64,000 bases of DNA from a virus (lineage: Duplodnaviria; Caudoviricetes). The translations under genes and the position numbers were made by a program. The notes under the pieces are model-generated. The model did no database searches. It had not been told where the DNA came from and saw only the letters and a list, made by a program, of their open reading frames with translations. Of this stretch, positions 1 through 9,400 are shown one piece after another. Within the stretch, counting starts at the first letter, position 1. Every line of letters starts with the position of its first letter. The stretch spans positions 1 through 64,000 of IMG/VR virus record IMGVR_UViG_2934069824_000002. One strand, written 5' to 3'.

Positions 1-234
1 TCACCCGTGCCGACTTGTCCAGCGCGTTGCTAGCGGGTCGGCCTGCTCAAGCGCGTCCAGCCACTCCATGACGGCCTCGCGAGGGTAGAGCGTGTCTCTG
101 CCGACGCGGCGCCCTCGCCTCGGGCCGATGCCCCTGTGCCGCATCTGGCGCACCGCATTCGGCGTCTTACGGATCAGTGCCGCGACTTCCCTCGTCGTCA
201 TGAAGAGGGGCTGCGGCGCTACTGGCGTCTCCAT
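1..234 (-). CDS. Small helix-turn-helix DNA-binding protein (excisionase/AlpA-like)
   Basis: METPVAPQPLFMTTREVAALIRKTPNAVRQMRHRGIGP...GRDTLYPREAVMEWL is a typical HTH_17-like pattern; ATG at 234 chosen within the longer ORF. Confidence 0.75.
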   Translation of the reverse strand: METPVAPQPLFMTTREVAALIRKTPNAVRQMRHRGIGPRRGRRVGRDTLYPREAVMEWLDALEQADPLATRWTSRHG

Positions 235-372
235 GGGCGGAGCCTTCCTCGCCGAGACTTCCCTCGATCCACCCGAAGGTGGGGATTCAACGGGCGGCCG
301 TAACCCGAACGCTTGCTGCCAACGAGCAGCGGGCATGACGACGGACCAGGCAGCCGACATGAGGAGCGCCCC

Positions 373-630
373 GTGGACCCGACCGAACGTGCCCTGCGAG
401 CCCGCCTTGGAGCCCACCAGAGCTGGGCCAACACCACCGACCGAACGGCGCGGACGGCAGGCGCCCGGCGCGCCGCCGAGAGTAAGTTCGAGGAGGAGGC
501 CAGGCAGAAGCACCCCCAGGCCACGGAGGCCCAGATCGCCGCGGCCGCCGAATCTCTGAGGAAGGCTCACTTCACCAGGATGGGGTTCCTTTCCGCGCAG
601 GCACGGCGCACGAAGCGCACGTCGACGTGA
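373..630 (+). CDS. Conserved small basic actinobacterial mobile-element protein, function unknown
   Basis: GAGGAG RBS at 361-366, GTG at 373; motif AHQSWANTTDRTART...RKAHFTRMGFLSAQARR. Confidence 0.7.
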   Translation: MDPTERALRARLGAHQSWANTTDRTARTAGARRAAESKFEEEARQKHPQATEAQIAAAAESLRKAHFTRMGFLSAQARRTKRTST

Positions 631-640
631 GGGCACACGA

Positions 641-673
641 AGCAGCCCCCGCCGCGCGAGAGGCAGGGGCTGC
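641..673. terminator. GC-rich hairpin between convergent genes
   Basis: AGCAGCCCC...GGGGCTGCT inverted repeat. Confidence 0.55.
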
Positions 674-691
674 TCGATTAGTCTGGGCGGG

Positions 692-829
692 CTACGCCTC
701 GGGCTCCGCAGGGATCACGAACGCCCGCACCGGCCGGGGCTCCCGCGGGTCACGCGAGTCCGGCTCCTGCCCGGCCCTCCACGCGGCCACCATGTCCGCG
801 TACCGCGGGTCGATCCACTCCTGCGCCAT
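692..829 (-). CDS. 45-aa hypothetical peptide (MAQEWIDPRYADMVAAWRAGQEP...)
   Basis: GGAGG RBS 6 nt before the ATG; follows the 852..1334 gene; absent from the ORF track. Confidence 0.55.
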   Translation of the reverse strand: MAQEWIDPRYADMVAAWRAGQEPDSRDPREPRPVRAFVIPAEPEA

Positions 830-851
830 GAGGCACCTCCTGCCCAGCAGG

Positions 852-1334
852 CTAGCCCTTCGGCTTCGGCTTTGGGATGATGACGATCGTGCAGTCCGGG
901 GCGTGCTGGCACTTCGCCGCGACGGAGGCCAGCGTCTCGTCGGACGGCTCGCCCCACAGCTCGGCGTCCGCGATGTAGCCGAGACCAGCGATGGCCTGGC
1001 GGGTACGGTCCAGGATCTCCGGGTCGTAGTTCGTCGGGTCGTACCCTGGGAAGTGGTGGACGAAGTCGCCGCCCAGCTCCTCGCACAGCTGCGCGTACAT
1101 CGCGGTGTGCAGGATCAGGGCGTGCCACCCCTCGTCCACGATGCGCGACGGGGCCAGGCCGACGCCCGGGTTGCGCGAGCAGGCGGCCACGAACTTCAGC
1201 CCCTCCTCGACGATCCGGCCAGCCATCTCCTGGGACATGTCCGGGTTGGCGTCCATGACGGTGCTGCGGCAGCTGGTGAACCGCTCGTCGGGTATGAGCC
1301 CGCGGGCGATGACGGGTAGCTGGCCTACGCTCAT
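852..1334 (-). CDS. Glycine-rich-domain-containing protein (GRDP/DUF1399-like)
   Basis: PSRIVDEGWHALILHTAMYAQLC...FVHHFP motif; AAGGAG RBS; ATGA overlap with the upstream ORF. Confidence 0.75.
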   Translation of the reverse strand: MSVGQLPVIARGLIPDERFTSCRSTVMDANPDMSQEMAGRIVEEGLKFVAACSRNPGVGLAPSRIVDEGWHALILHTAMYAQLCEELGGDFVHHFPGYDPTNYDPEILDRTRQAIAGLGYIADAELWGEPSDETLASVAAKCQHAPDCTIVIIPKPKPKG

Positions 1335-1525
1335 GGTGATCTCCTTCTGCTGGTTGGGGGTCGCCCGCCCGGCCGCGGTCCTTCCAGGGAGTGCGCGGCC
1401 GGGCGGGAGTCTGTGGGCGGATCGGTGCGCCAGAGCAGGGTGACGCCGTGCTCTGGGCAGTGGGCGCCGGTGTCGTCCTCGACGGGGAAGGGGTGCGCGC
1501 CGCCGTCGGCGTAGCACGTCGTCAC
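1331..1525 (-). CDS. 64-aa Cys/His-containing hypothetical protein
   Basis: VTTCYADGGAHPFPVEDDTGAHCPEHG; GTGA/ATGA coupling on both sides. Confidence 0.55.
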   Translation of the reverse strand: MTTCYADGGAHPFPVEDDTGAHCPEHGVTLLWRTDPPTDSRPAAHSLEGPRPGGRPPTSRRRSP

Positions 1526-1668
1526 CGTGCGGGCCTCTTGCACTCGGGGCACTCGCAGGCGGGGAACTGGTGCGAGGCCTCCGGCTGTTCGAGGGGCACG
1601 ACCTCCGCCTCCTCGCGCACGATTCGGGTGAGCCCGTCGCGGTTCACCTCGTACACCTTGATCGTCAT
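1522..1668 (-). CDS. 48-aa peptide with C-terminal CxCxxC
   Basis: MTIKVYEVNRDGLTRIVREEAEVVPLEQPEASHQFPACECPECKRPAR; first gene of the divergent operon. Confidence 0.6.
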   Translation of the reverse strand: MTIKVYEVNRDGLTRIVREEAEVVPLEQPEASHQFPACECPECKRPAR

Positions 1669-1699
1669 CACGGGTATGCCCCCCGTCGCAGTCGGTGAG

Positions 1700-1860
1700 A
1701 TAGCCCAGACCGTAGGGACCGCCTGTGCACGCACACCAGTCGTGTGCAGATGTGTGCACCTGCCCGCACTCGGTCGAGTGGTCGGCTGAATCAGGCCCTT
1801 GACCAGCCGTGGACCGCCGCCCGACCCTGATGCACAGAACTGCACACCCCGATACCGGAG
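1700..1860. promoter_or_regulatory. Divergent promoter region with repeated TGCAC/GTGCA operator-like boxes
   Basis: GTGCAC 1725, GTGTGC 1742, GTGTGCAC 1752, TGCACA 1831 and 1841; TACGGT -10-like hexamer on minus at 1709-1714. Confidence 0.45.
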
Positions 1861-1866
1861 GTCAGC

Positions 1867-2127
1867 ATGTCGCTACAGTTCGTCGGAATCGACCCCGAAA
1901 CCGGGGACAAACAGAGCCCCACCGTGTGGGTCGACACCGACGCCAAGGAGCTGGTCTTGCAGGGCTGGAAGCCAGACCCCGTCCTCGAAGCCGAGTGCGC
2001 CGCGTTCACCGTGCCCGGTCACGCCGTAGGAATCCCCGAGAACGAGGCCGTCATCCGCATCCCCGCCCGCATGGTCGGCATGATCAGGGAGGCGTGCGAT
2101 GCCGTCGAGCGTGCCGACCTTCGATGA
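1867..2127 (+). CDS. Small protein that commonly precedes DUF6879 genes
   Basis: GGAGG RBS; LQFVGIDP...SPTVWVD...LVLQGW...EAVIRIP pattern. Confidence 0.75.
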   Translation: MSLQFVGIDPETGDKQSPTVWVDTDAKELVLQGWKPDPVLEAECAAFTVPGHAVGIPENEAVIRIPARMVGMIREACDAVERADLR

Positions 2128-2623
2128 ACTGATCGCCAGCTGCACCACGGCGGTTCACCTGGAGATGCGGGACAGCTACGCCGTGGACTACGAGGAGGGG
2201 CCGTTCGCTCAGTGGCGCTCCGGCTTCCGCCACGATCCAAGCGACCGCGCGTCCTGGTGGCGCCCCTGGCTCGACCTGATCCAGAACACCACCCAGCGGG
2301 GCGCGGTAGTCCAGCGAGCCCGCATTGTGTCCGAGCCCGTCAGTGAGTACACCCGCTTCCTCTACGACGGGACGTTCACCAACGTCGCCGCCGGCGAGGA
2401 GATCCGGTGGCTGCCTCGCCGACAGGCTTCCGCCATCGCCCTGCCCGGCAACGACTTCTGGCTGTTCGACGATCAGTGGGTGCACTGGAACCACTTCTCC
2501 GGAGACGGAGCGTCCCTCGGCGAGGAAATCACCGGCGACCCAGCGGCGGCCAAGCTGTGCGCTGACGCCTTCCGCGCAGTGTGGGAACGCGCCACGCCTC
2601 ACGAACACTTCACGATCCGCTGA
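2099..2623 (+). CDS. DUF6879 family protein
   Basis: HLEMRDSY...RARIVSEPVSEY...GEEIRWLPRR...DFWLFD motifs. Confidence 0.85.
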   Translation: MPSSVPTFDELIASCTTAVHLEMRDSYAVDYEEGPFAQWRSGFRHDPSDRASWWRPWLDLIQNTTQRGAVVQRARIVSEPVSEYTRFLYDGTFTNVAAGEEIRWLPRRQASAIALPGNDFWLFDDQWVHWNHFSGDGASLGEEITGDPAAAKLCADAFRAVWERATPHEHFTIR

Positions 2624-2641
2624 CAGGAACAGTCACTGCCG

Positions 2642-3499
2642 ATGCCTATCTCCCCCTCGTCGTCCGCCCAGGCCGCGCGTGAGAACGTCGCGCGCCGCCT
2701 GCGTGACCTCCGCAAGGGGGCTGGGCTCACCGTCGTAGAGCTGGCCGGGCAGTGCGGCTGGCACCACGCCAAGACGTCCCGCATCGAGAACGGCCGGACC
2801 GCCCCCTCGGCATCCGACATCAGCCGGTGGACTGCTGCGTGCGGGGTCGGCGACCAGGCGGACGACCTCGTCGCCCAGTCCCTCAACGCCGAATCCATGT
2901 ATCAGGAGTGGCGCCACCAGGTGCGCTCCGGGCTGAAGCAGCTGCAGGACAGCTGGGTGGACTTCTACCGGTCCACCCAGCTGTTCCGCGTGTACTCGCC
3001 GACGCTGATCCCTGGCCTGCTGCAGGCGGAGGGGTACGCCGCTGCGCTGCTGTCGTCGATCGGCCGGTTCCGTGGGATACCCATCAACGACGGCGCGGAA
3101 GCCGGGGCCGCGCGCGTCGAGCGGTCTCGCATCATCCGCGAGCCGGGCCGCCGGTTCGTCTTCCTCATCGAGGAGAACGCCCTCGGGTACCGGATCGGTG
3201 ATGCCGACGCGATGGGCGCCCAACTCGGCTACCTGCTCGCCGCCGGCGCACTCCCATCCGTGGCGTTGGGCATCATCCCGTCGGCGGTGTCGCGCGAGCA
3301 GCGCATGTGGCCGCAGGAGATCTTCCACGTGTACGACGACAACTTCGTGTCCGTCGAGTTGCTGTCCGCGCAGGTCAACATCACCCAGCCGACCGAGGTC
3401 GAGATGTACGTCAGGGCCTTCGAGGAGCTGCGCAGCATGGCCGTCTACGGCGCGCAGGCGCGGGCCCTGATCGTGAAGGCCATCGACTCCCTCGGCTGA
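2642..3499 (+). CDS. XRE-family HTH regulator with C-terminal DUF5753 domain
   Basis: N-terminal LRDLRKGAGLT...KTSRIENG HTH; IPGLLQ motif; ends ARALIVKAIDSL. Confidence 0.9.
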   Translation: MPISPSSSAQAARENVARRLRDLRKGAGLTVVELAGQCGWHHAKTSRIENGRTAPSASDISRWTAACGVGDQADDLVAQSLNAESMYQEWRHQVRSGLKQLQDSWVDFYRSTQLFRVYSPTLIPGLLQAEGYAAALLSSIGRFRGIPINDGAEAGAARVERSRIIREPGRRFVFLIEENALGYRIGDADAMGAQLGYLLAAGALPSVALGIIPSAVSREQRMWPQEIFHVYDDNFVSVELLSAQVNITQPTEVEMYVRAFEELRSMAVYGAQARALIVKAIDSLG

Positions 3500-3516
3500 C
3501 CCAGGGCATGACGAAA

Positions 3517-3545
3517 CGCCCCCACCCCGTGAGGCGGTGGGGGCG
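3517..3545. terminator. Bidirectional hairpin terminator
   Basis: CGCCCCCACC...GGTGGGGGCG between convergent genes. Confidence 0.6.
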
Positions 3546-3562
3546 CGACGAGGCGCGGCAGG

Positions 3563-4216
3563 TCAGTTGGCGGGCTCGTACTCGACGGTCTCCTGGCCGC
3601 AGCCCTCAGCCAGCACGGCCAGGGCGTCAGCCTCCGCCTCGTCGACAGTCAGCCCCCAGCGGAGCTTTGTCGCCACCCAGTCCGTGGCGTAGGTGCAGCG
3701 GGCGTCGGCCAGCGGCGGCAGCCACGTCGACGGGTCCTGATCGCTCTTCGAGCGGTTCGTCTTCGCGGTCACCGCGACCAGCGACCGCTCGCTGCCGAGG
3801 TCATTCGCGTAGGCCTGGCGGCGCTCCGCGGTCCAGCCCGAGGCACCAGAGTCCCAGGCTTCGGCGAGCGGCACCATGTGATCGATGTCCAGGCCGCCCG
3901 GCGCCGTCAGCGTGACCGCGTCGTAGTAGCTGAACCACTCGCCGCTGGTCACCTTGCACGCGCCTTCGATCGTCGGCTCCACCCTGGACTCAGCGATCAG
4001 GACTTCCATGCGGGTGTTGCAGGAGTCCTTGTCCTCGTCGACCCAGTGCTTGAAAGCGGTCCGCTGGTAGCCGTCACGGGACTCGGCGGCGAGAGGGAGT
4101 TCCTGAATGGCGTCGGCCAGCGGGAGGGCTTCAACCGCCTGCGCGGGGGCGGCGGAGAGCAGGGGCAGGACGGCGAGAGCGGCGGCAGCGAGGCCCCGCA
4201 CAGTCTTAGTGATCAT
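3563..4216 (-). CDS. Secreted HNH-type nuclease (DUF1524-like)
   Basis: Sec signal peptide ending APAQA; LDIDHMVPLAEAWDSGA and NRSKSDQDP motifs. Confidence 0.88.
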   Translation of the reverse strand: MITKTVRGLAAAALAVLPLLSAAPAQAVEALPLADAIQELPLAAESRDGYQRTAFKHWVDEDKDSCNTRMEVLIAESRVEPTIEGACKVTSGEWFSYYDAVTLTAPGGLDIDHMVPLAEAWDSGASGWTAERRQAYANDLGSERSLVAVTAKTNRSKSDQDPSTWLPPLADARCTYATDWVATKLRWGLTVDEAEADALAVLAEGCGQETVEYEPAN

Positions 4217-4304
4217 GGTGCCTTGCTACAGCCCCGGCAGCGGTGAGCAGCATCGAACCACGACGCTGTACCTCTGGAGGGTGGGAAGTCGTACCAAATG
4301 AAGA

Positions 4305-4335
4305 GGCCCCCACCGCCGCGAGGGCAGTGGGGGCC
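4305..4335 (-). terminator. Hairpin terminator after the lysis cassette
   Basis: GGCCCCCAC...GTGGGGGCC followed by a U-rich run on minus. Confidence 0.55.
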
Positions 4336-4343
4336 GAGGCCGG

Positions 4344-4604
4344 TCAGCGGAGTAGGGCAAGGACACCGGTCGCCGTACCAGCCGCACCCGCGAGTGCGGC
4401 GATCGTAGGCAGCGGCCACCGGGCACGCTCCAGCACCCGAAGCCGCTGCTCGTGATCCCCAAGATCAGTCCGGATATCTTTCGTCTCGTCCAGGATGCCG
4501 TCAATCTTCGACTCGATCCGGCCGACTGCCTGCGCCAACCCTCTGACCTCCTGGTACATCTGCGCCGGGGAGATGTACACCCCCGGGTCCTGCCCCGCCG
4601 TCAC
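4344..4604 (-). CDS. Lysis-cassette membrane protein (coiled coil plus C-terminal TM)
   Basis: Coiled-coil segment ...HEQRLRVLE followed by a hydrophobic C-terminus; lies after the holin. Confidence 0.75.
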   Translation of the reverse strand: MTAGQDPGVYISPAQMYQEVRGLAQAVGRIESKIDGILDETKDIRTDLGDHEQRLRVLERARWPLPTIAALAGAAGTATGVLALLR

Positions 4605-4607
4605 CGG

Positions 4608-4808
4608 CTACACCCCCCGGCCCGGAGTCACCCGATCCGGCCCCCGGTTGGGTACTGCGTACGTGATGCCGAGGGCGCCGAGGACGGCGAGCACCGTGGT
4701 GACGGTCTCCCCGATGGTGAAGACCCCGTCCTGCACGGCGGTGGCGGCGACGCTCGCTCCCGCGGCGAGGGCGGCTACGAAGGCCTTGGCGGCGCTGCTG
4801 ATCTTCAT
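4608..4808 (-). CDS. Holin (two TM segments)
   Basis: MKISSAAKAFVAALAAG...VLAVLGALGITYAVPN; downstream of the endolysin. Confidence 0.8.
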   Translation of the reverse strand: MKISSAAKAFVAALAAGASVAATAVQDGVFTIGETVTTVLAVLGALGITYAVPNRGPDRVTPGRGV

Positions 4809-4810
4809 GG

Positions 4811-5056
4811 TCACTTCTCCGGGGTGGTGTCGAGGGCCGCGCGGACGAAACAGTCCTTCGCCTCCAGGAGCTTGCGGAGGCCGACGGACAGCTCGGGCCC
4901 GTCGGGCAGGACGGCGACGAGCTCCTGGGCGAGGTCGCCACACGGCTTGCTCACCGCCTGGAGGTGAGCGGGCAGATGCCCGTACTCGAAGTACCGGAGC
5001 AGGTGCTCGGTACCGGGGTGGCGGAGCGGCATACTGCCGTCGCTGTGCTGGGTCAT
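4811..5056 (-). CDS. Small helical-hairpin protein, possibly Acb2/Tad1-like nucleotide sponge
   Basis: LLRYFEYGHLPAHLQAVSKP...GPELSVGLRKLLEAKDCFVRAAL; RBS present; family call from memory of the motif. Confidence 0.6.
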   Translation of the reverse strand: MTQHSDGSMPLRHPGTEHLLRYFEYGHLPAHLQAVSKPCGDLAQELVAVLPDGPELSVGLRKLLEAKDCFVRAALDTTPEK

Positions 5057-5089
5057 CGTGTTCCCTTCGTCGTGCAGGTGGGAGGAGTC

Positions 5090-5977
5090 TCAGACGTTGG
5101 GGACCTTGAGCCGGTCCCAGCTGGACTTGCCGGGGATGCCGTCGGCGTCGCTGCCGGAGTATCCGAGCTTGCGCTGCCAGGCGGCGTACGACTTCCGGTC
5201 CGCCTCCGACCACCTCGGGCCCGGGCCGACGGCGTACCGGCCGCAGCCCTCGGCCGCCAGACGGCGGCCCATCGCCGTGACGACCGTGCTGTTCCGGCCG
5301 ACCTTGAAGAACGCTGCCCCGGGGAACGGCTCGTACTTCGGCTTCGTCGGCTTCGGCTTGGGCTTCGCGGCCGGCGGCGTCGGCTTGCCGCCGAGCCGCT
5401 TGCCGATCCGCGTGCGCATCGAGTCCATGGTGAACCCGCGCGGGTCGACCTTGCCGGGCTGCCACTCCAGATGGCCGAGCACGGACCGGGGCCCCCAGCC
5501 GTGCGCCCGGCAGATCGCGGCGGCCGCGCGCTCGATCGCGAGCAGCTGCTCGGCCGGCCACGGGTCGCGGCCGTCGCCGAGGTTCACGGCCTCGAACCCG
5601 TAGAAGTGGCGGTTCCCGTCGGTGTTGGCCTCGTTGTCCGGCGGGAGCTCCCGCTCGGCGATGACCGCCTGGAGGACGTCGTCGTCGCCCAGGCCCGCGT
5701 GGTTCGCGCGCCCGTGGCCGACGAGGCGCACGGTGCCGTCCTTGGCGATGACGCCGTGGCAGAGCGGGCCGGGCAGGGCGGAGTGGCCGTTGTAGCAGAG
5801 CTCCACGGACGACGCGGTCCCGGACGTCACGGTGTGGTGGATCATCACCCCGTGGGCTGGCCCCCACAGGCCCTTGTGGTTCCGGTTGTTCGTGCGCCAA
5901 CTCCGGTGCTCGACGACCTCCAGGCCCTCGTCGCGGAGGGCGTTCAGCAGCCGGTCGGCGGACAGTGGTGTGGCCAT
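5090..5977 (-). CDS. Endolysin: N-acetylmuramoyl-L-alanine amidase plus peptidoglycan-binding domain
   Basis: GVMIHHT, GRANHAG and GHLEWQPGKVDP amidase motifs; C-terminal ADGIPGKSSW binding domain. Confidence 0.93.
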   Translation of the reverse strand: MATPLSADRLLNALRDEGLEVVEHRSWRTNNRNHKGLWGPAHGVMIHHTVTSGTASSVELCYNGHSALPGPLCHGVIAKDGTVRLVGHGRANHAGLGDDDVLQAVIAERELPPDNEANTDGNRHFYGFEAVNLGDGRDPWPAEQLLAIERAAAAICRAHGWGPRSVLGHLEWQPGKVDPRGFTMDSMRTRIGKRLGGKPTPPAAKPKPKPTKPKYEPFPGAAFFKVGRNSTVVTAMGRRLAAEGCGRYAVGPGPRWSEADRKSYAAWQRKLGYSGSDADGIPGKSSWDRLKVPNV

Positions 5978-5987
5978 GGGGTTCCTT

Positions 5988-6428
5988 TCAGACAACTTCG
6001 TAGACGGTGAGCAGCAGCGAGCTGTAGACGTTCAAGTTCATGCCGGTGGCGAGGGTGACGACCAGCTTGGCGGTGTGCGCCCCGGCCGCGGGGATGACTT
6101 CTCGATAGGTCTGCGGGGTCGAGCCGCGGTCGCCTGTCGTGCCCGGTCCCTGCTGGTAGACGGCAAATTCGCCGACCCCGGCCCCGTCGATCCACAGGCG
6201 CCCGGAGGACAGGCCACCGATCGTGGTGGTCGGGTCGAAGTCGCAGACGATCTCGGCGGTGATCACGGCGCCTGCGGTCTGGGTGGTGAAAGCGAGGCTG
6301 ATGCCGGGTACGTCCGCGTTGGTCAGCGGCCCGGTAAGCGCGACGGTCTGAGTGCCCGCCCGGTACGTTGCGGGCTGGAGCCGGTTGAGCTGCCCGGCGG
6401 TGACCTTCTGCCCAGCGAAGATGGGCAT
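5988..6428 (-). CDS. Minor tail protein
   Basis: MPIFAGQKVTAGQLN tail-fibre-type N-terminus; position after the large tail gene. Confidence 0.75.
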   Translation of the reverse strand: MPIFAGQKVTAGQLNRLQPATYRAGTQTVALTGPLTNADVPGISLAFTTQTAGAVITAEIVCDFDPTTTIGGLSSGRLWIDGAGVGEFAVYQQGPGTTGDRGSTPQTYREVIPAAGAHTAKLVVTLATGMNLNVYSSLLLTVYEVV

Positions 6429-6440
6429 GGTGCCCCCCTT

Positions 6441-9400
6441 TCAGAGCGCGGCGCGCATCGGGTAGGTGAGGGACAGGGGCGTGGCCGTGGCGTGGCCCTT
6501 GGCGATGTTGTTGGCGGAGCGGGCCACGGTGAAGGTCTGCGGCGACGACGCGCCGGAGATACCGAGGACGGTGACCTCCTCGCCGCCGAGGGTCACGGCG
6601 AACGGAAACTGGTCGCCGTTGTCGTCGCCGACCAGGGTGTCGGTGCGGGCCAGGCGCACATCGTCGGCCTGCCACCACTCACCCACCGTCCACGACGACC
6701 GTCCCTCGATGCCGAGCCGGACGTCGACCGCCCCGGCGGGCAGGGTGGCGGACACGGTGAGCTGCTGCCACAATCCGGGCGGCGTGCCCGGTGCGGCCCC
6801 GTAGATGTACGTCTCCGTGCCACCGGAGGTCCGCCAGACCAGTGCGACCCTCATTGCGTTGGTGGCGGCCCCGCCCGCGTACACCCATGCCGACCCGGCC
6901 CACGTCTGGCCGGCGGCCGCCGCCTGGATGCCGGTCATGTCGCGGAGGTTCATCGTGCCGGTGTCCGTCGGGTGCACCCGGGTGACCCGCAGTGCGCCCG
7001 TTCCGGTGCGGACGATGCCCTGCACCCAGGACACGACACCGATGGAAGCGCCGCGGGTGCACTCCCACCCTCCCGTTCCCGTCTCGAACCCGGGGTCGGC
7101 GATCACGTTGGGGGCGGCGGTGATCCATCGGGGCCCGGCCGTCACCGCGACCGACAGGGATGTGGCGGTCGTCGTGGCGGACGAGGCGAGCTGACTGCCG
7201 TCGGTGTCCGCCCGGCCCAGCACCGGGTCCTCCACCACACCCACCTGCCACGGGCCGGCCGGTGCACAGTTCATCGTGATCGGCCATTCGTACAGGCCGA
7301 GGCGCTCGGTGTAGCCGTGTACGTGCTGGTCGATCACGCCGGGCGGCAGCCACGGTGGCGGGTTGCTGATCTGGATTCGGTCGCCGATGTCCATGCCGAG
7401 GGCGTCGTCGACGAGGTGCGGGGCGGCGTGCAGCCACACCGTGACCGTGGGGTAGCGGGCCTCGTCCCACGTCCCGAGGTGCAGACGCCACTGGGCGATC
7501 CGGGCGGGCTGGTCGTCGGTCGCCAGGCTCAGCGTCACCGACTCGTCGTAGATCCCGACTCCGGCCGGCGGCGGCTCCACCGACAGCGGCCCCGTTTCGG
7601 CGACCGCCCGGCCCGAGGAGCCGCCGCGCCGGATCACGGTCACGTCGTTGCGCAGCTGCTGGTCGTCCTCGGTCGGCTCCAGCGGCGGCGGGACCTCCCC
7701 GCGCGCCGTGTAGTCCAGGGCCAGGCGTACCGGCTGGTTGTACAGCGACGCGCGGTCCCGGTAGACGAGGCCCATCCGGTCGGCAGGCTCGTACAGGATT
7801 CCGCCGTCGGTGTTCGCGGCCTCCTGGATGAGGGCCACGAGAGTGTCCGGGCGCTGCGGGCCGAGGCGCTCGGTGTCCATGGCGGTGTCGCCGTCGATCC
7901 ACGACAGGTTGATCTGCGCCGACTCCTCGTTCGCCAGGCGCCGCATCCTCGCGATGGCCGACTCCTGGGAGAACCCGTGGTCGGCGGACGTGTAGGCCGC
8001 GGTCGCCGCGACGGGCATGACCGCGATGTGCCCGACCTTCAGGCCGCTGATGGACGTGCCGAACTGTGTGTCCACCTGGCTGACACGCCCCACCGTCCCG
8101 GTGTAGGTGGAGCCGACTCCGCCGGCCGGGCCGCCGATGTTGTGCCAGTCGAGCCGCCAGCTGACCGTGCCTCCGGACTGGGAGACCCAGAAGTAGAACC
8201 GCTGCCAGCCCTCGAACACGTCGTCGCCGATGGCTACCGCCTGGTCGACGAGAAGGTCACCGGCTGCGTCGTAGCCCTCGATGTCCGCGTGGTTCTGGCG
8301 CTGGACGATGCGCCACCGGCGGACGGTGCCGGTGGTCCGCCACGACAGGAACTCGCCGTCCGTGGCGGGCGGGGAGTCGACGGCGTACACCATGTGCACC
8401 GACCACTGGTTGGTGGTGCTTGACGGGGGCGGAACGGCGCCGACCATGCGGGCGCCGCCCTCGACTGCGGGGAGAGCGGACGATCCGGCCAGGGTGCTGT
8501 CCTGCCCGAACCGGAAGTCGGTCACGGTGAGCGGGGTGACGCCCTCGATCGGCGAGTAGGCCTGGGTGGCGCCGTCCTCGTCCTCGCACGGCCAGTAGGC
8601 CAGCGGGGCGAACGCGGGGATGCGGCGTCGCAGGGTGGAGGCGAGGGCCTTCTGCCCCTGCCCCAGGCGGCGGCGGACGCCCGCGGCCTCGATGGGGACC
8701 CAGACGTCGGCCCCGGAGACGTCCCACCGGGTGGGCCAGGCCGAGATTTCCCCGTGGAAGCGGTACTCCCGGTTGGTGACGGTCGCGCCGGGGCTGACGG
8801 TCCAGGTGCGGCCGGCGGAGTCGGTCCAGCTGGTGGTGCCTTCGGGCTTGGTGCGGGTGTCGAAGTCGGCGACGAGCGGACCGTTGATGCCGTTGCGGAC
8901 CTCGGCGCGGTGGACGCGGCCGCGCACCGGAGCCCAGCCGGTGGCTGCGACGGGTGCGACTTCCAGCGGTGCGGTGCCCGCGTAGATGTTCGTGGCGGGG
9001 GTGCTGGTCAGCGGGTCGCCGAGCGGGGTCCATGTCCCGCTCAGCGACGTCGCCCAGTAGAAGCGGGCCGTGTATCCGCCGGCCCCGTTGTTCACGTCCA
9101 GGGTCGCTCGGAGCGCGGCCCGCTTCGGCAGGGCGGGCAGCAGCTGCGACGCGAAGTACCAGACCGTCCCGTCCACGGACCAGCTCAGGTTCACGACGCC
9201 GTTTTCCAGGCGCAGCATGTAGGAGCGCTGGGCGGTGGCGCTGACCCACTTCCCCAGCAGCGTCTGCACCGGGACGGCCCACCAGTCACACGTGGCCTCG
9301 ACCCGGAGGTCGATGTCCCCGGTGATGTCGAGGGCGGTGGCGTCCGGGGTGCGGGCGTAGGACGTGGTCGTGCCGTCCAGCTGCAGGTACGACTCGGGCC

